This document shows, one piece after another, positions 11,617 to 22,219 of a stretch of DNA of 64,000 bases. How positions within the stretch are numbered: position 1 is the first letter of the stretch; each line of letters begins with the position of its first letter. Where the stretch lies: the NCBI GenBank assembly GCA_963667465.2, contig CAXXDN010000002.1:928001-992000 (forward strand), given 5' to 3'. The notes below the pieces were generated by a model. The model did no database searches, was not told the origin of the DNA, and saw only the letters and a program-made list of their open reading frames with translations. Position numbers and translations under genes: made by a program. This DNA is from Dehalococcoidia bacterium (GTDB lineage Bacteria > Chloroflexota > Dehalococcoidia > UBA2979).

Positions 11617-12300
11617 CTACACCGGCATCGGACGCAGCGAGGGCGACACGGCGAGCGGGGCGGCCGTCACCGCCTGGATGTCCCCGACGCTGTAGCCCGG
11701 TGCATGCTCCAGCAGCTTGAAGCCGTCGTCGCCAACCTCGATCACTGCGAGGTCCGTCACCACCAGCGAGGCGGGGCGGCCGCCGGTGACCGGCAGTGTG
11801 CAGCGCTCGACGAGCCGCGGCGCGCCCTCGGGCGTGGTGTGGAACATCGTCAGCCACACGCGCTTCGCGCCCTGCGTCAGGTCCATCGCGCCGCCGATGC
11901 CACCGAGGTCGGCGCGGCCGTCGGCGTGCGGCGTCCAGTTTGCGAACGAGCCGTCCGTCGCGACCTCGTAGGCGCCGAGCACGGAGCAGTCGACTCGCCC
12001 GCTGCGGATCAGGCCGAAGGCGTCGGCGTGGTGGACGATCGCCGCGCCCGGCTGCAGCACCACGTACTGCATCCCCGGCGAGACGGTGTCGAGGTCCTCG
12101 TGGCCGTGCGGAGCGTGCCAGCCGTAGCCGATCAGCCCGTTCTCCGAGGACAGCACGATCCCGGCGTCCAGGTCGATGAAGTCGCAGGCGAGCACAGGGA
12201 TGCCGACGCCGAGGTTCACGATCCAGTCGCGCTCGAGGCGTCCCGCAAGCACGGCGGCGATCTGCTCGCGGTTGAGCGGTTCGCGCGCCTCGCCGCTCAC
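11617..12300 (-). CDS. 3-oxoacid CoA-transferase subunit B (class I)
   Basis: VNLGVGIP, SENG (catalytic Glu) and GIGGAMDL motifs. Confidence 0.9.
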   Translation of the reverse strand: MSGEAREPLNREQIAAVLAGRLERDWIVNLGVGIPVLACDFIDLDAGIVLSSENGLIGYGWHAPHGHEDLDTVSPGMQYVVLQPGAAIVHHADAFGLIRSGRVDCSVLGAYEVATDGSFANWTPHADGRADLGGIGGAMDLTQGAKRVWLTMFHTTPEGAPRLVERCTLPVTGGRPASLVVTDLAVIEVGDDGFKLLEHAPGYSVGDIQAVTAAPLAVSPSLRPMPV

Positions 12301-13076
12301 GAGGCGTCTCCCGTGTCACCGTCCGCGTCGAGGTCGAGCTCGCGCCCGCTGCGCCGCGTGCGCCGCGGGGCCTCGATGCGGCCCTCGGCGATATGCACGA
12401 GGCGAGCGACGTAGACGCCGGGCGTATGCACCTGGTCGGGGTCGAAGGAGCCCGCCGGCAGGATCGGATCGTCGATCTCGGCGACCGTGCAGCGCCCGGC
12501 CGTGGCCATGATCGGGTTGAAGTTGCGCGCGGCGCGGCGGTAGACGAGGTTGCCCGCCTCGTCGGCGCGCTGCGCGCGCACGAAGGCGTAGTCTGCCGTG
12601 ATGCCACGCTCGAGGACGTAGGTACGCCCATCGAAGGTGCGCTGCTCGCGATTCTCGGCGTAGATGCTGCCGACTCCGGCCGGGGTGTAGAAGGCGGGGA
12701 TGCCCGCGCCGCCGGCGCGGATGCGTTCGGCGACCGTACCCTGCGGGGCCAACTCGGCCTCCGCCCCGCCCGCCCGAAAGACATCCTCCGCAGCGTTTGG
12801 CTGCGAGGGGTGCGGAGCGGCGGTGAACGAGGCGATCACCTTCCTCACGCGACCCGCGAGCACGAGGTCCGCGATCGTCACGCGCCCGTCTACGTCGAGC
12901 AGCGGACGATTCACCGTCGTGGAGATCATGACGAGGTCCGTGGCGCCCTGCTCCCAGAGCGCCATCATCAGGTTCCAGGGCACGCCCGCGTGGAAGCCGG
13001 CGACGAGGATCGATGAGCCATCCGGGATGTCGGCGACGGCGGCCGTAGCCGAGTCGTAGCGCGCGGGTCGCGGCAC
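12297..13076 (-). CDS. 3-oxoacid CoA-transferase subunit A (class I)
   Basis: PQGTVAERIRAGGAGIPAFYTPAG and ARNFNP motifs; 4-bp overlap with subunit B. Confidence 0.9.
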   Translation of the reverse strand: MPRPARYDSATAAVADIPDGSSILVAGFHAGVPWNLMMALWEQGATDLVMISTTVNRPLLDVDGRVTIADLVLAGRVRKVIASFTAAPHPSQPNAAEDVFRAGGAEAELAPQGTVAERIRAGGAGIPAFYTPAGVGSIYAENREQRTFDGRTYVLERGITADYAFVRAQRADEAGNLVYRRAARNFNPIMATAGRCTVAEIDDPILPAGSFDPDQVHTPGVYVARLVHIAEGRIEAPRRTRRSGRELDLDADGDTGDAS

Positions 13077-13083
13077 TTCGTCG

Positions 13084-14538
13084 CTAGCCGATCTCCGCCA
13101 TGGCGGTCTCGAGGATGGCCCCGCTGCCGACGAGTTGTGTGAACGACGCAGGCGTGACGCCCTCGCCGAGTGTCGCGGCCGCCTCGATCACCTGCGACTG
13201 GCCCGAGGGCGTCACGGTGCCCGCAGTCAGGTCGCGGAACTTGGCCTGGAGTTCGGACAGGCTCAGCGGGTTTTCGGGATCACCCTTCGGGTAGTCGACG
13301 CGGCGCGAGACGCTGCCGCCCTCGCGGAACTCGATCACGACCTCGGCCGGCCAGCGCTCCGGGAACATCGCGTCGAGGTCGTCCGAGCGGTAGCACTCGA
13401 CACGGTCCATCAGCGCCGCGATCTCGGGCGAGGCGATCATCGCCGGGGTGTACTGGCTCGTCCCCGCCGAGCGGTGCAGTGCCGCGACGGCGGCCCCGAA
13501 GGGCATCGAGAACTGTGCATCGACGATCGAGACGGGGCGACGCTTGTCCGCCTCGGGAGCCGCAATGATGTTCCAGCCGGCCTCCAGCACGCCGACGCAG
13601 ATGCGCGCGACCTGGTCCGGTGCGATGTCGTGCGTTGCGACCAGGTCGAGGACGGCGTCGATCGGTGCCTGCTTGTAACGGCAACAGGCGTGCGCCTTGA
13701 TGCTCGTGCGGTCGATCGCCAGCGGCGAGGAGCCGAGTCCGGCAGTCAGCCGCTCCGCCGCGTCGGCTCCGGCAGGAGTGTCGCTGTAGGAGTGCAGGTA
13801 GCCGTCGGGGCCGCAGATCGGGTCGCGAGGGCCCGCAAAGCCCTCTGCGGCGAGGCGCGCGGCAAGCAACCCGCCGTGCGCCGCCCAGCCAGGGTGCAGC
13901 CGCTTCGTCCACGCGCCGTCGACGAGGAACGCCATCGAGCCGGCCGCGAGGCTGAGCGAGATCCCGAGCGCCGAGCGCATCGCGGCGGCATCGAGGCCCA
14001 GCAGCCGGGAGGCGGCGGCCGCCGCGCCGAAGACGCCTGTCGTGCCGGTGGGGTGGAAGCCGCGGTCGTACTGGCCCTGCACGGTCGCGGTCATGCCGAT
14101 ACGCGCCATCACCTCGTAACCCACGACGCTGGCGGCGACGACATCCTCGAAGCTGGCGCCCTTCGCGGTCGCGAGCGCGAGCACGGCGGGGAAGACCGCC
14201 GAGCCGGGGTGCGAGGACGAGGCCTGGTGTGTGTCGTCACTCTCGAGGGCGTGTGCGCTGACGCCCGCGACGAACGCCGCGTACTCCTCGAGCAGCGAGT
14301 GGCCGCCGGGTGCGGGCACGTCGCCGGTGCGACCTGCGGCGTAGCGCCGCACGATGCGCGACGACTCGGCAGCGAGGCCGCCGAGGGCGTTCGCGGCATG
14401 GTCGAGCAGCAAATAGCGGACTTGCGCCGCAGCCTCGCCGGTCTCGTCCGGGCGGTAACCGACCGCCCAGCCGAGCAGGCCGTCGATGCCGGGCGCGACA
14501 GCGGGCGACTCCGTGGAGCGAGGCGCGGTCGTCGTCAT
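13084..14538 (-). CDS. MmgE/PrpD family protein
   Basis: HALESDDTH..SHPG, GFHPTG, KRLHPG, KAHACC and AQFSMPF motifs; an alternative start lies at 14583. Confidence 0.9.
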   Translation of the reverse strand: MTTTAPRSTESPAVAPGIDGLLGWAVGYRPDETGEAAAQVRYLLLDHAANALGGLAAESSRIVRRYAAGRTGDVPAPGGHSLLEEYAAFVAGVSAHALESDDTHQASSSHPGSAVFPAVLALATAKGASFEDVVAASVVGYEVMARIGMTATVQGQYDRGFHPTGTTGVFGAAAAASRLLGLDAAAMRSALGISLSLAAGSMAFLVDGAWTKRLHPGWAAHGGLLAARLAAEGFAGPRDPICGPDGYLHSYSDTPAGADAAERLTAGLGSSPLAIDRTSIKAHACCRYKQAPIDAVLDLVATHDIAPDQVARICVGVLEAGWNIIAAPEADKRRPVSIVDAQFSMPFGAAVAALHRSAGTSQYTPAMIASPEIAALMDRVECYRSDDLDAMFPERWPAEVVIEFREGGSVSRRVDYPKGDPENPLSLSELQAKFRDLTAGTVTPSGQSQVIEAAATLGEGVTPASFTQLVGSGAILETAMAEIG

Positions 14539-14761
14539 TGGCAGCTCCGGCTCATGTTCGGGCGATGGGCTTCGCCGGCTCATGCTCGGCAGCGCGCGAA
14601 GCGGCTGTCAAGCCTCGGCGCCACCGGTGGAGGATACGATGGAGGCGCTCCCCCGCCGCGGAGCGCCTCCTCGTAGTGCGCCCGAAGAACGTTGGGCGCG
14701 GATCCAGTGTATGCACATCGGACGTGATTCGTGCCAGTCCGGTCCCGCCGACCCTCCGGAG

Positions 14762-15574
14762 CTACCCCTGCGGCGGCACGTCGAGGCGCGCAACCATGCC
14801 CTCGAGGTCCGGCGAGGGCGCGGGGTAGCGCTGCAGAACACGCGGGTCGTGGCCGGGCACCAGATGCGCGGGCGAATCGCCCAGGTCGTGCATGCGCTGG
14901 TAGCCGCGCACGAGCCTGCCGACGTCGAAGACGATCGCGAACAGCGCGCCGTCCTCGAGCTGGTCGTAGTAGTGCGCGGCGTCCGAGGCGAGCACGACCC
15001 AGCCGCGCGCGGTGCGCACCCGCACCACCTGGTTGCCGCCGGTGTGGCCGCCGAGCAGGTGGATGCTCAGGCCGTCGGCGAGCTCGGTATCGCCGTCGTG
15101 CAGCACCGTGCGCCCGCTGAAGACATCGCGGACCAGGCCGGTGACCTCCTCGACGTTGAAGGAGTGCGCGATGCCGTCGTTCTGCATGTAGCGCCCGCTG
15201 GCGAACTGCAGCTCGCTCTCCTGGATGTGGAGCCGCGCGTTCGGGAAGTCGTCGACGGTACCGATGTGGTCGTAGTGGCAGTGCGTGAGGATCACGTCCT
15301 CGACGGTCTCGGCGTCCACGCCGGCGAGCGCGAGCGCCTCCGCGGGACGGCGGATGTTGGTGCGCCCCCGGCGCTCGGCTTCCTCGGCGGTGAAGCCGGT
15401 GTCGATGACGAAGGTGCGCTCCGGACTGATCGCGGCCCAGACAAAGTAGTCCATCCCGATCTGCTCGCTGCGATCGCCGCCGCCGGTGGGGAACAGATCG
15501 CCGCGTCGTACCGGACGCCATGCGTACTTCGTCGCGTACAGCTCGTAGACCCCGAACTCTCCGTTCCCAACCAT
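14762..15574 (-). CDS. N-acyl homoserine lactonase-like metallo-beta-lactamase-fold hydrolase
   Basis: IDTGF, THCHYDH, GGHTGG, LASDA and PGHD motifs. Confidence 0.87.
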   Translation of the reverse strand: MVGNGEFGVYELYATKYAWRPVRRGDLFPTGGGDRSEQIGMDYFVWAAISPERTFVIDTGFTAEEAERRGRTNIRRPAEALALAGVDAETVEDVILTHCHYDHIGTVDDFPNARLHIQESELQFASGRYMQNDGIAHSFNVEEVTGLVRDVFSGRTVLHDGDTELADGLSIHLLGGHTGGNQVVRVRTARGWVVLASDAAHYYDQLEDGALFAIVFDVGRLVRGYQRMHDLGDSPAHLVPGHDPRVLQRYPAPSPDLEGMVARLDVPPQG

Positions 15575-15588
15575 GTCGGTCCCCTCGC

Positions 15589-16563
15589 TCAGAACCAGCG
15601 CGCCTTATCGACGATGTTCTCCAGCGGCTCGCCGGCTGCGAAGCGGCGGCAGTTCTCGAGCAGGACCTCGAAGCGCCGCTCCTCGACGTACGGGCCGTGG
15701 GCCGCGACGTGTGGAGTCAGCAGCACGTTCGGCGCGCTCCACAGCGGGTGGTCGGCAGGCAGCGGTTCGATCTCGTACACGTCGAGGCCGGCCCCGCCGA
15801 TCCGGCCCTCGCGCAGCGCCTCGTTGAGGTCGTCGAGACGCACCGTCGGTCCGCGCCCGATGTTCACGAGGTAGGCCGTGTCCTTCATTGCCTCGAAGCG
15901 CGCGGCGTTCATCATGCCCTCGGTCTCCGGCGTATGCGGCACGGTGAGGATCACGAAGTCGGCGTCCGGCAGCAGCTCGTCGAGCGCCTCGGGCGGATGC
16001 AGCTCCGCCAGCCCCTCCGTGAGCTCCGTGCGGCGTGCGTCGACACCGACGACGTTCACGCCGAACCCCGCGAGGACGCGCGCGGTCTCGGCGCCGATCT
16101 CCCCGACGCCGATCAGCAGCGCTGTCGACCCCGGGAGGTAGGTGACGCCGCTGCGGGAGAAGTCCGGCTCCCAGCGGGCCTCGGCCATGCTCCGCACATA
16201 GCGCTGCAACTGCCGCGAGAAGGCCAGCACGAATGCAGTGATATGCACGCTGATGTGGTCGCTGTAGACTCCTCGAGGATTCGTGACCGTGGCCGGGTGC
16301 CCGATCAGCGCGTCGTGGTACCAACCCGCGGGTGGCGCCACCATCGACGAGTGGATCCAGCGCAGCTTCGTCGCCGCGGCGAGCGCCTCCTCCGAGATGC
16401 GGCTCTCCGCGAAGATCGCGTCCGCCTCCCCGATCACATCGAGGGCGGACTCGGTGTCCTCCGGCGAGAGCGTGCGCACACCCGGCAGCGCCGCCGCGAC
16501 ACGGCTCGCCCAGTCGCGCTGGGATCCCCGCAGCGGCGGCCAGAAGAGAATCGTGACACTCAC
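15589..16563 (-). CDS. D-2-hydroxyacid dehydrogenase family protein
   Basis: GVGEIG, VNIGRG, LDVYEIEPLP and TPHVA motifs. Confidence 0.9.
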   Translation of the reverse strand: MSVTILFWPPLRGSQRDWASRVAAALPGVRTLSPEDTESALDVIGEADAIFAESRISEEALAAATKLRWIHSSMVAPPAGWYHDALIGHPATVTNPRGVYSDHISVHITAFVLAFSRQLQRYVRSMAEARWEPDFSRSGVTYLPGSTALLIGVGEIGAETARVLAGFGVNVVGVDARRTELTEGLAELHPPEALDELLPDADFVILTVPHTPETEGMMNAARFEAMKDTAYLVNIGRGPTVRLDDLNEALREGRIGGAGLDVYEIEPLPADHPLWSAPNVLLTPHVAAHGPYVEERRFEVLLENCRRFAAGEPLENIVDKARWF

Positions 16564-17342
16564 GCGTCACCGCCCGCCAGCCGCGCGAGGAAGCCCTCGA
16601 CCGCTGCGTTCACGCCCTCGGGCGCCTCGATATTGACGCCGTGGCCGGCGCCGTCGAAGACGTGGAGCTCGCTGCCCTCGATCCGGTTCTCCATGTAGCT
16701 CATGCCGTTGCGGAACGGCGTGTCGTTCTCCCCGACGAGCAGCAGCGTCGGCAGGTCGATCGAGGAGATGTTGTCGATCACCAGCGAGTCGTGCTGCGTC
16801 AGCATCCCGCGCGCGGATCGGGCGAGGCCCTCGGCGGAGCTGTGCTCGCTCATGTCGACCTCGGAGCCTCCGTCGTGGGTGCTCATGCCGATCGTCTCGA
16901 GGCGCTCGGCGCGTTGCAGGCGGTCCTCGTTCCACGCCTCACGCGCGACGGGGTTGCGGTAGCCGGGACCGGTGCCCTGCAGGATCAGCGCGCCCGTGCG
17001 CTCCGGGTGCGTCGCCTGGAAGGCGAGCGACATGTAGCCACCGAGCGAGTGTCCGGCGATCACCGCCTGCTCAATGCCGAGTTCGTCGAGGATCGCGCGC
17101 ATGTCCTCGATGGTCAGTTCGCGGCTATAGCGGGCATCGTCGGGTGGGCTGTCGCTCTGGCCGTGCCCGCGCATGTCCCAGCTGATCAGCCGGTAGCGAT
17201 CGGCGAAGGCCGCGATCTGCGGCCGCCACATCAGGCAGGTCGCCGCGTAGCCGTGCGTGAGCAGGACGGGCAACGTCTCCGCGTCCTTTGGCCCGTCGTC
17301 CTCGTAGTGGATCGCGACCCCGTCGCGGTCGAGCCTGGGCAT
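16560..17342 (-). CDS. Alpha/beta hydrolase (enol-lactonase-like)
   Basis: THGY, WDMRGHGQS, GHSLGG and AGH motifs; GGAGGAG RBS before ATG 17342. Confidence 0.88.
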   Translation of the reverse strand: MPRLDRDGVAIHYEDDGPKDAETLPVLLTHGYAATCLMWRPQIAAFADRYRLISWDMRGHGQSDSPPDDARYSRELTIEDMRAILDELGIEQAVIAGHSLGGYMSLAFQATHPERTGALILQGTGPGYRNPVAREAWNEDRLQRAERLETIGMSTHDGGSEVDMSEHSSAEGLARSARGMLTQHDSLVIDNISSIDLPTLLLVGENDTPFRNGMSYMENRIEGSELHVFDGAGHGVNIEAPEGVNAAVEGFLARLAGGDA

Positions 17343-17473
17343 GGTTGTCTCCTCCGCGCGCCGGCATACGGCAGGTGGCGCGCCTGCCGCGGGCGGGCAG
17401 CTTATCATCGCCCGCGACGCCGTCCGCCCCGTGAACGCGGGCGGGAAGGGCGCAACACGAACGGAGCGCGGCG

Positions 17474-18760
17474 ATGACGGCTGGCGGACCGCTCGAGGGC
17501 ATTCGGGTGCTGGAGTTCTCCCAGCTCGTCGCCGGGCCGTTCTCCGGCTGCGTGCTCTCCGACCTCGGCGCCGAGGTGATCAAGGTCGAGCGGCCGCCCG
17601 GCGGCGACCCGCACCGCAACTTCGGCGCGGTCATCCCGCACGAGGGCAAGCGCTTTCAGGCCGTCAATCGCGGCAAGCGCAGCATCCTCGTGGACCTGCA
17701 GACCGAGGCGGGGCGTGAGCTGATCCACCGTCTCCTGCCCCACTTCGACGTGCTCACGATCAACTTCCGCCAGCGCGTGCTGGAGCGGCTGGCGATCGAC
17801 TACGAGACGCTCTCGGCGCTGCACCCGGGCCTCGTCTACTGCCGCATCTCCGCCTTCGGATCGCGCGGGCCGCTCGCCGATCGCGCCGGAACCGACGCCA
17901 CGATGTCGGCCTACTCCGGCCTCACCGTTGGGGACGCGAAGACCGACGAGGCGGGCGCTCCCGAGCACATCTCGTCCGGGCCGGTCTCCGACTACACCTC
18001 GGGCCTGGCCGCGGTCATCGGCATCTGCTCGGCGCTCTACCGCAGGGGCATCACGGGTCGCGGCCAATTCGTCGAGACCTCGTTGTTACGTTCGGCGATG
18101 GCGATCCAGGACAGCTTCATCATGCGCGAGCCGCTCAGTGACGCCTCGACGGTCGAGCCGATGCTGGAGGCGGTCGAGGAGCTGCGCGCGGCGGGCGCCT
18201 CCTACCGCGAGCAGCTGGACGCGCGGCACTCGATCCGCGCGCGGCGCTGGGCGTTCCGCATCTACTACGGCGGGTTCGAGGCCAGCGACGGCGTGATCAC
18301 CCTCGGCGCGCTCACGCCTCGAACCCGCGACGCGGCGCGGCGCGTGCTCGGTATCGAGGACGATCCGAGCGACACGCCGGACTTCGACAGTGGCGACCCC
18401 GCGAACATCGCGCACGCCACGGTGCTGCTCGGGCGCATCCGTGCGCTGATCCGCACTCGCCCCGTGGCGGAGTGGATCGAGGCCTTCGAGGCGGAGGGCG
18501 TGCCGGTGGGCCCGGTGCACTTCCCCGAGGAGCTGGCCGACGACCCGCAGGTCAACGCCGCCGGCATCATGGCCGACCTCGAACACCCGCTGACCGGACC
18601 GCAGCGCGTCGTCGGGCCGATCGTCGAGCTCTCCGAGACGCCGACGGCCGTTCAGGGCCCCGCGCCGCTGCTCGGCGCGGACACCGAGGCGGTGCTGCGC
18701 GAGGCGGGCTGCTCCGACGCCGACCTCGACGCCTACCGCGCAGCGGGAGCGATCCCATAG
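17474..18760 (+). CDS. CaiB/BaiF class III CoA-transferase
   Basis: PLEGIRVLEF, LGAEVIKVE, NRGKRS and VSDYTSG (candidate catalytic Asp). Confidence 0.92.
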   Translation: MTAGGPLEGIRVLEFSQLVAGPFSGCVLSDLGAEVIKVERPPGGDPHRNFGAVIPHEGKRFQAVNRGKRSILVDLQTEAGRELIHRLLPHFDVLTINFRQRVLERLAIDYETLSALHPGLVYCRISAFGSRGPLADRAGTDATMSAYSGLTVGDAKTDEAGAPEHISSGPVSDYTSGLAAVIGICSALYRRGITGRGQFVETSLLRSAMAIQDSFIMREPLSDASTVEPMLEAVEELRAAGASYREQLDARHSIRARRWAFRIYYGGFEASDGVITLGALTPRTRDAARRVLGIEDDPSDTPDFDSGDPANIAHATVLLGRIRALIRTRPVAEWIEAFEAEGVPVGPVHFPEELADDPQVNAAGIMADLEHPLTGPQRVVGPIVELSETPTAVQGPAPLLGADTEAVLREAGCSDADLDAYRAAGAIP

Positions 18761-18794
18761 CATCGTCGCGATGAGTGACGACGAAGGAGCGCCC

Positions 18795-21077
18795 ATGCTT
18801 CCGCTCGACGGCTTCCGTACGTGGTTGATCGCCGAGACGCCCGCCGCCGGCTTCGCCGGCCGGCTGCTGCGTGACCTCGGGGCGCGCGTCGAGCTGCTGG
18901 AGCCACCCGGCGGCAGCCCGCTGCGCAGCTGCCCGCCGTTCCTCGAGGGTGGCGAGAGCGCGGTCTTCCGCTACCTCGCCGCGGGAATGGAGACACGCGA
19001 GATCCCGGCGCGCCCGGACGCCGGGCAGGTCGCGCAGGTCGAGATCATCGTGCACGAGCGCCCGGCGCTGCCCTTCGGCTGGAATCCGATCGTCGAGCGG
19101 GCCCCGCTGCCCGAGCGCGGGCGCGCCATCGTGGCGCTGACGCCCTACGGCCAGAGCGGCCCCAAGCGCGACTGGCAGGGCTCCGAGCTGACGCTCTTCC
19201 AGGGCGGCGGCGAAGGCTTCTTGCAGCCCTCCGGCCTCGGCTACGAGGAGTTCCCCGACCGCCCGCCGATCGGTGTCGGCCGCTACCTCGGGAGCTACCA
19301 GGCGGGCACGAACGCGGCGTTTGCCGCACTTGCGGGCCTGCGTTCATCGAGGGCGTCGGGGCGCACCGAGCGCGTCGACCTCTCTGTGCAGGACTCGCAG
19401 CTCTCGCTCAACTACCTGTCCGTCAGCCGCTATGTCGACGGCCACTTCGAGCGCCGCTCGAACCGCAGCTTCAGCTACGGTGGCATCGTTCGCTGCGCCG
19501 ACGGCTATGTCGAGATCGTGCCGATCGAGCAGCACCACTGGGTGGCCCTGCGCGAGCTGATGGGCGACCCGGAGTGGGCGCAGGCGCCGGAGTTCGAGGA
19601 CACCGTCGAGCGCGGCCGGCGCGGACCCTTCATCAACGAGCGCCTGCGCGCCTGGGCCGCCGAGCGCACCATTGAAGAAGTCGTCGCGCGCGCGGCCGAG
19701 ACCGGCCTGCCCTGCGGTCCCTATCTCGCCCCCAGGCAACTCCCCGCGGACCAGCAGTTCCAGCACCGCGGCTTCTTCCGCGAGGGCGAGAACGGCGAGC
19801 TCGCGCCCGGGGTCGCCTGGCAGCTCGCAAGCGTAGCGAGCGACGACGACGGCTCCACGACCTCCGCCGCGCCCGCAGCCGGCGGCGCGAAACCACTCGA
19901 GGGCGTGCGCGTCGCCGACTTCACGAACATGGCCGCCGGCCCCTACGCCACGCTGATGCTCAGCCTGCTCGGCGCGGACGTGATCAAGGTCGAGTCGCAG
20001 GCGCGGCTCGACATCGGGAGACGGCCGCATCCGCTCTATGGGCGCTTCGACGTGCCGAACTTCGACCACCTCGCGGGCCACAAGCGCTCGATAACACTCA
20101 ACCTCAAGGACGAGCGCGGCGTGCTACTCGCACGCGAGCTTGTGGCGGCCAGCGACGTCGCGATCGAGAACTTCCGGCCCGGCGTGATGGGGCGGCTCGG
20201 CCTCGGCTGGGACGATCTGAAGGAGGTGAATCCGCGCCTCGTCATGGTTTCACTCTCCGCCTACGGGCAGCACGGGCCGGACAGCCACCGCCCCGGCTAC
20301 GCGCCGATCTTCGCGGCCGAGGGCGGCCTCGGCTCCATGAGCGGCTACCCCGATGGCGCTCCCGGCGAGATCCGCAACCAGATGGACCACGAGGCCGGCC
20401 TGATCGCCGCCCTGCTCTGCCTCTCGATGCTCGAACAGCGCGACCGCACCGGATCGGGCGCCTTCGCCGACCTCGCGGCCCGCGAGGTGGCGGCGATGCT
20501 GGTCGGCGAGTCGATCGTGCAGACGCTCGCGGACGGCGACGCGCCTCGCGTGGGCACCGGCCACGAGCAGTGGGCTCCGCACGGGATTTACCCCGCAGCG
20601 GGCGAGGACGCCTGGATCGCCATCGCAATCCGCTCCGACGAGGAGTGGGAGCGCTTCGTCGAGCTGTCCGGCCACCAGTCCTTCGACCGCCCGCAGTACG
20701 TGACCGCGGGCCGGCGCCGCGCCAACAGCGGGCCGCTCGACGCCGCGCTGCGCTACTGGACGGCCAACGAGGGCGCGCACGAGCTCGCCGCGCGGCTCCA
20801 GGCCGCCGGCATCGCCGCCGAGGTCTCGCTGACCGGGGAAGACCTCGTCGCGGACGCCCACCTGCGCGAGCGCGGCGCGATCGTCGACCTCCGGCACGAG
20901 CGCTATGGCGAGCGCGCCACCGTCGGCGCGCCCTGGCGCTTCGAGACCGCCTCGAGCGTGCGCTTCGACGCGTGGTCGCCGGACCTCGGCGAGCACAACG
21001 AGGAGGTGCTGTGCGGCCTGCTCGGCCACAGCCGCGAGGACCTCGATCGCTGGATCGGCGAGCAGGCCGTCTACTGA
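18795..21077 (+). CDS. Two-domain CaiB/BaiF class III CoA-transferase
   Basis: Two tandem CaiB domains (LGARVELLE; PLEGVRVADF..LGADVIKVE); AAGGAG RBS before ATG 18795. Confidence 0.9.
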   Translation: MLPLDGFRTWLIAETPAAGFAGRLLRDLGARVELLEPPGGSPLRSCPPFLEGGESAVFRYLAAGMETREIPARPDAGQVAQVEIIVHERPALPFGWNPIVERAPLPERGRAIVALTPYGQSGPKRDWQGSELTLFQGGGEGFLQPSGLGYEEFPDRPPIGVGRYLGSYQAGTNAAFAALAGLRSSRASGRTERVDLSVQDSQLSLNYLSVSRYVDGHFERRSNRSFSYGGIVRCADGYVEIVPIEQHHWVALRELMGDPEWAQAPEFEDTVERGRRGPFINERLRAWAAERTIEEVVARAAETGLPCGPYLAPRQLPADQQFQHRGFFREGENGELAPGVAWQLASVASDDDGSTTSAAPAAGGAKPLEGVRVADFTNMAAGPYATLMLSLLGADVIKVESQARLDIGRRPHPLYGRFDVPNFDHLAGHKRSITLNLKDERGVLLARELVAASDVAIENFRPGVMGRLGLGWDDLKEVNPRLVMVSLSAYGQHGPDSHRPGYAPIFAAEGGLGSMSGYPDGAPGEIRNQMDHEAGLIAALLCLSMLEQRDRTGSGAFADLAAREVAAMLVGESIVQTLADGDAPRVGTGHEQWAPHGIYPAAGEDAWIAIAIRSDEEWERFVELSGHQSFDRPQYVTAGRRRANSGPLDAALRYWTANEGAHELAARLQAAGIAAEVSLTGEDLVADAHLRERGAIVDLRHERYGERATVGAPWRFETASSVRFDAWSPDLGEHNEEVLCGLLGHSREDLDRWIGEQAVY

Positions 21078-22219
21078 TGGCGGACCTGCCCGACCTCGAC
21101 CTCCCGATTGGCGGCCTGCGCGTCGTCGAGTTGAGCGAGCGCGGGGCCGCCGCCTACGCCGGCAAGCTGCTGCGCCGCCTCGGCGCCGACCTCGTCAAGG
21201 TCGAGCCGGCCGAGGGCGACCCATTGCGCCGCGACGGCTCGCGCCGCCACGAGGCGGACGGCCGCACCACGACGGCCGCCTTCGACTTCTTCAACGAGGG
21301 CAAGACCAGCGAGGTCGTCGCCGACCCCGCGCGGCTGCGCGAACTGGTCGCGGGGGCAAACGCCTTCATCCTCGACCTCGAACCGCGCCGCTACGAGGCG
21401 TGGGGCCTCGAGGCCGACGCGCTCAGCGATCTCGACTGCGGCGTCGTCTGCGCGATCACACCGTTCGGACTGAGCGGCCCCTACCGCGACTACCGGGGGC
21501 CGGAGATCGTCACGTCGGCGTTCGGCGGCTCCAGCGTCGGGATCGGCGCGCCCGGCCGTCCGCCGCTGCGCATGCCGCTCTCGCAGACCGCCATCCAGGC
21601 CGGCCTCGTCGCCGCCATCGCAGCCCTCGGTGACGCGTACGAGGGTGACCACGAGGCCGCCGCGGGTGCGCGCGTCGTCGACATCGCCGAGAGCGACGTC
21701 TGGGCGACGGTGCACACGGGCACGACCGTGGTCAGCTACCTGTTCTCCAACCGGCTGCGCAGCCGCCAGGGACGCCGCGTGCTCGGCCAGCCCTACCCGC
21801 ACCAGCTCTTCCGCTGCTCCGACGGCTGGATCGCGATCCAGGCCTCCGAGCGCCACCAGCACCAGCTCTTCATCGAGATGGTCGGCTCGCCCGAGTGGGC
21901 CGCCGAGCGGCGCTTCGGCAGCCGCCTCGACATGAACGACCGCCATGCCGACGAGGTCGACGCCCAGCTCGCCCCCTGGTTCGAGGCGCGCACCCGCCAG
22001 CAGGTCTTCGAGGAGTGCCGCGCCCGCAACATCCCCGCGGCCCCGGTCCGCACCGTCGCCGACGTGCGCGCAGACCCCGACCTGCAGTCCATTGGCGCCT
22101 TCGAGACCTTCGAGGGCGCCTCGGGCGTCGAGCTGACGCTGCCCGCCCCGCCGTTCCGCTTCACCGAGGCCGACCTCGCGCCGCCGGGCCCCGTCCCGCC
22201 ACCCCCGGAGACCCACTGA
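21077..22219 (+). CDS. CaiB/BaiF class III CoA-transferase (possibly non-catalytic subunit)
   Basis: GLRVVEL, LGADLVKVEP, FNEGKTS; TGATG coupling to the upstream gene. Confidence 0.88.
   Translation: MADLPDLDLPIGGLRVVELSERGAAAYAGKLLRRLGADLVKVEPAEGDPLRRDGSRRHEADGRTTTAAFDFFNEGKTSEVVADPARLRELVAGANAFILDLEPRRYEAWGLEADALSDLDCGVVCAITPFGLSGPYRDYRGPEIVTSAFGGSSVGIGAPGRPPLRMPLSQTAIQAGLVAAIAALGDAYEGDHEAAAGARVVDIAESDVWATVHTGTTVVSYLFSNRLRSRQGRRVLGQPYPHQLFRCSDGWIAIQASERHQHQLFIEMVGSPEWAAERRFGSRLDMNDRHADEVDAQLAPWFEARTRQQVFEECRARNIPAAPVRTVADVRADPDLQSIGAFETFEGASGVELTLPAPPFRFTEADLAPPGPVPPPPETH

Noticed and set aside
14762-15574. Quorum-quenching system
   Set aside because: The AHL-lactonase-like fold is widespread, there are no luxI/luxR genes, and the context is catabolic.
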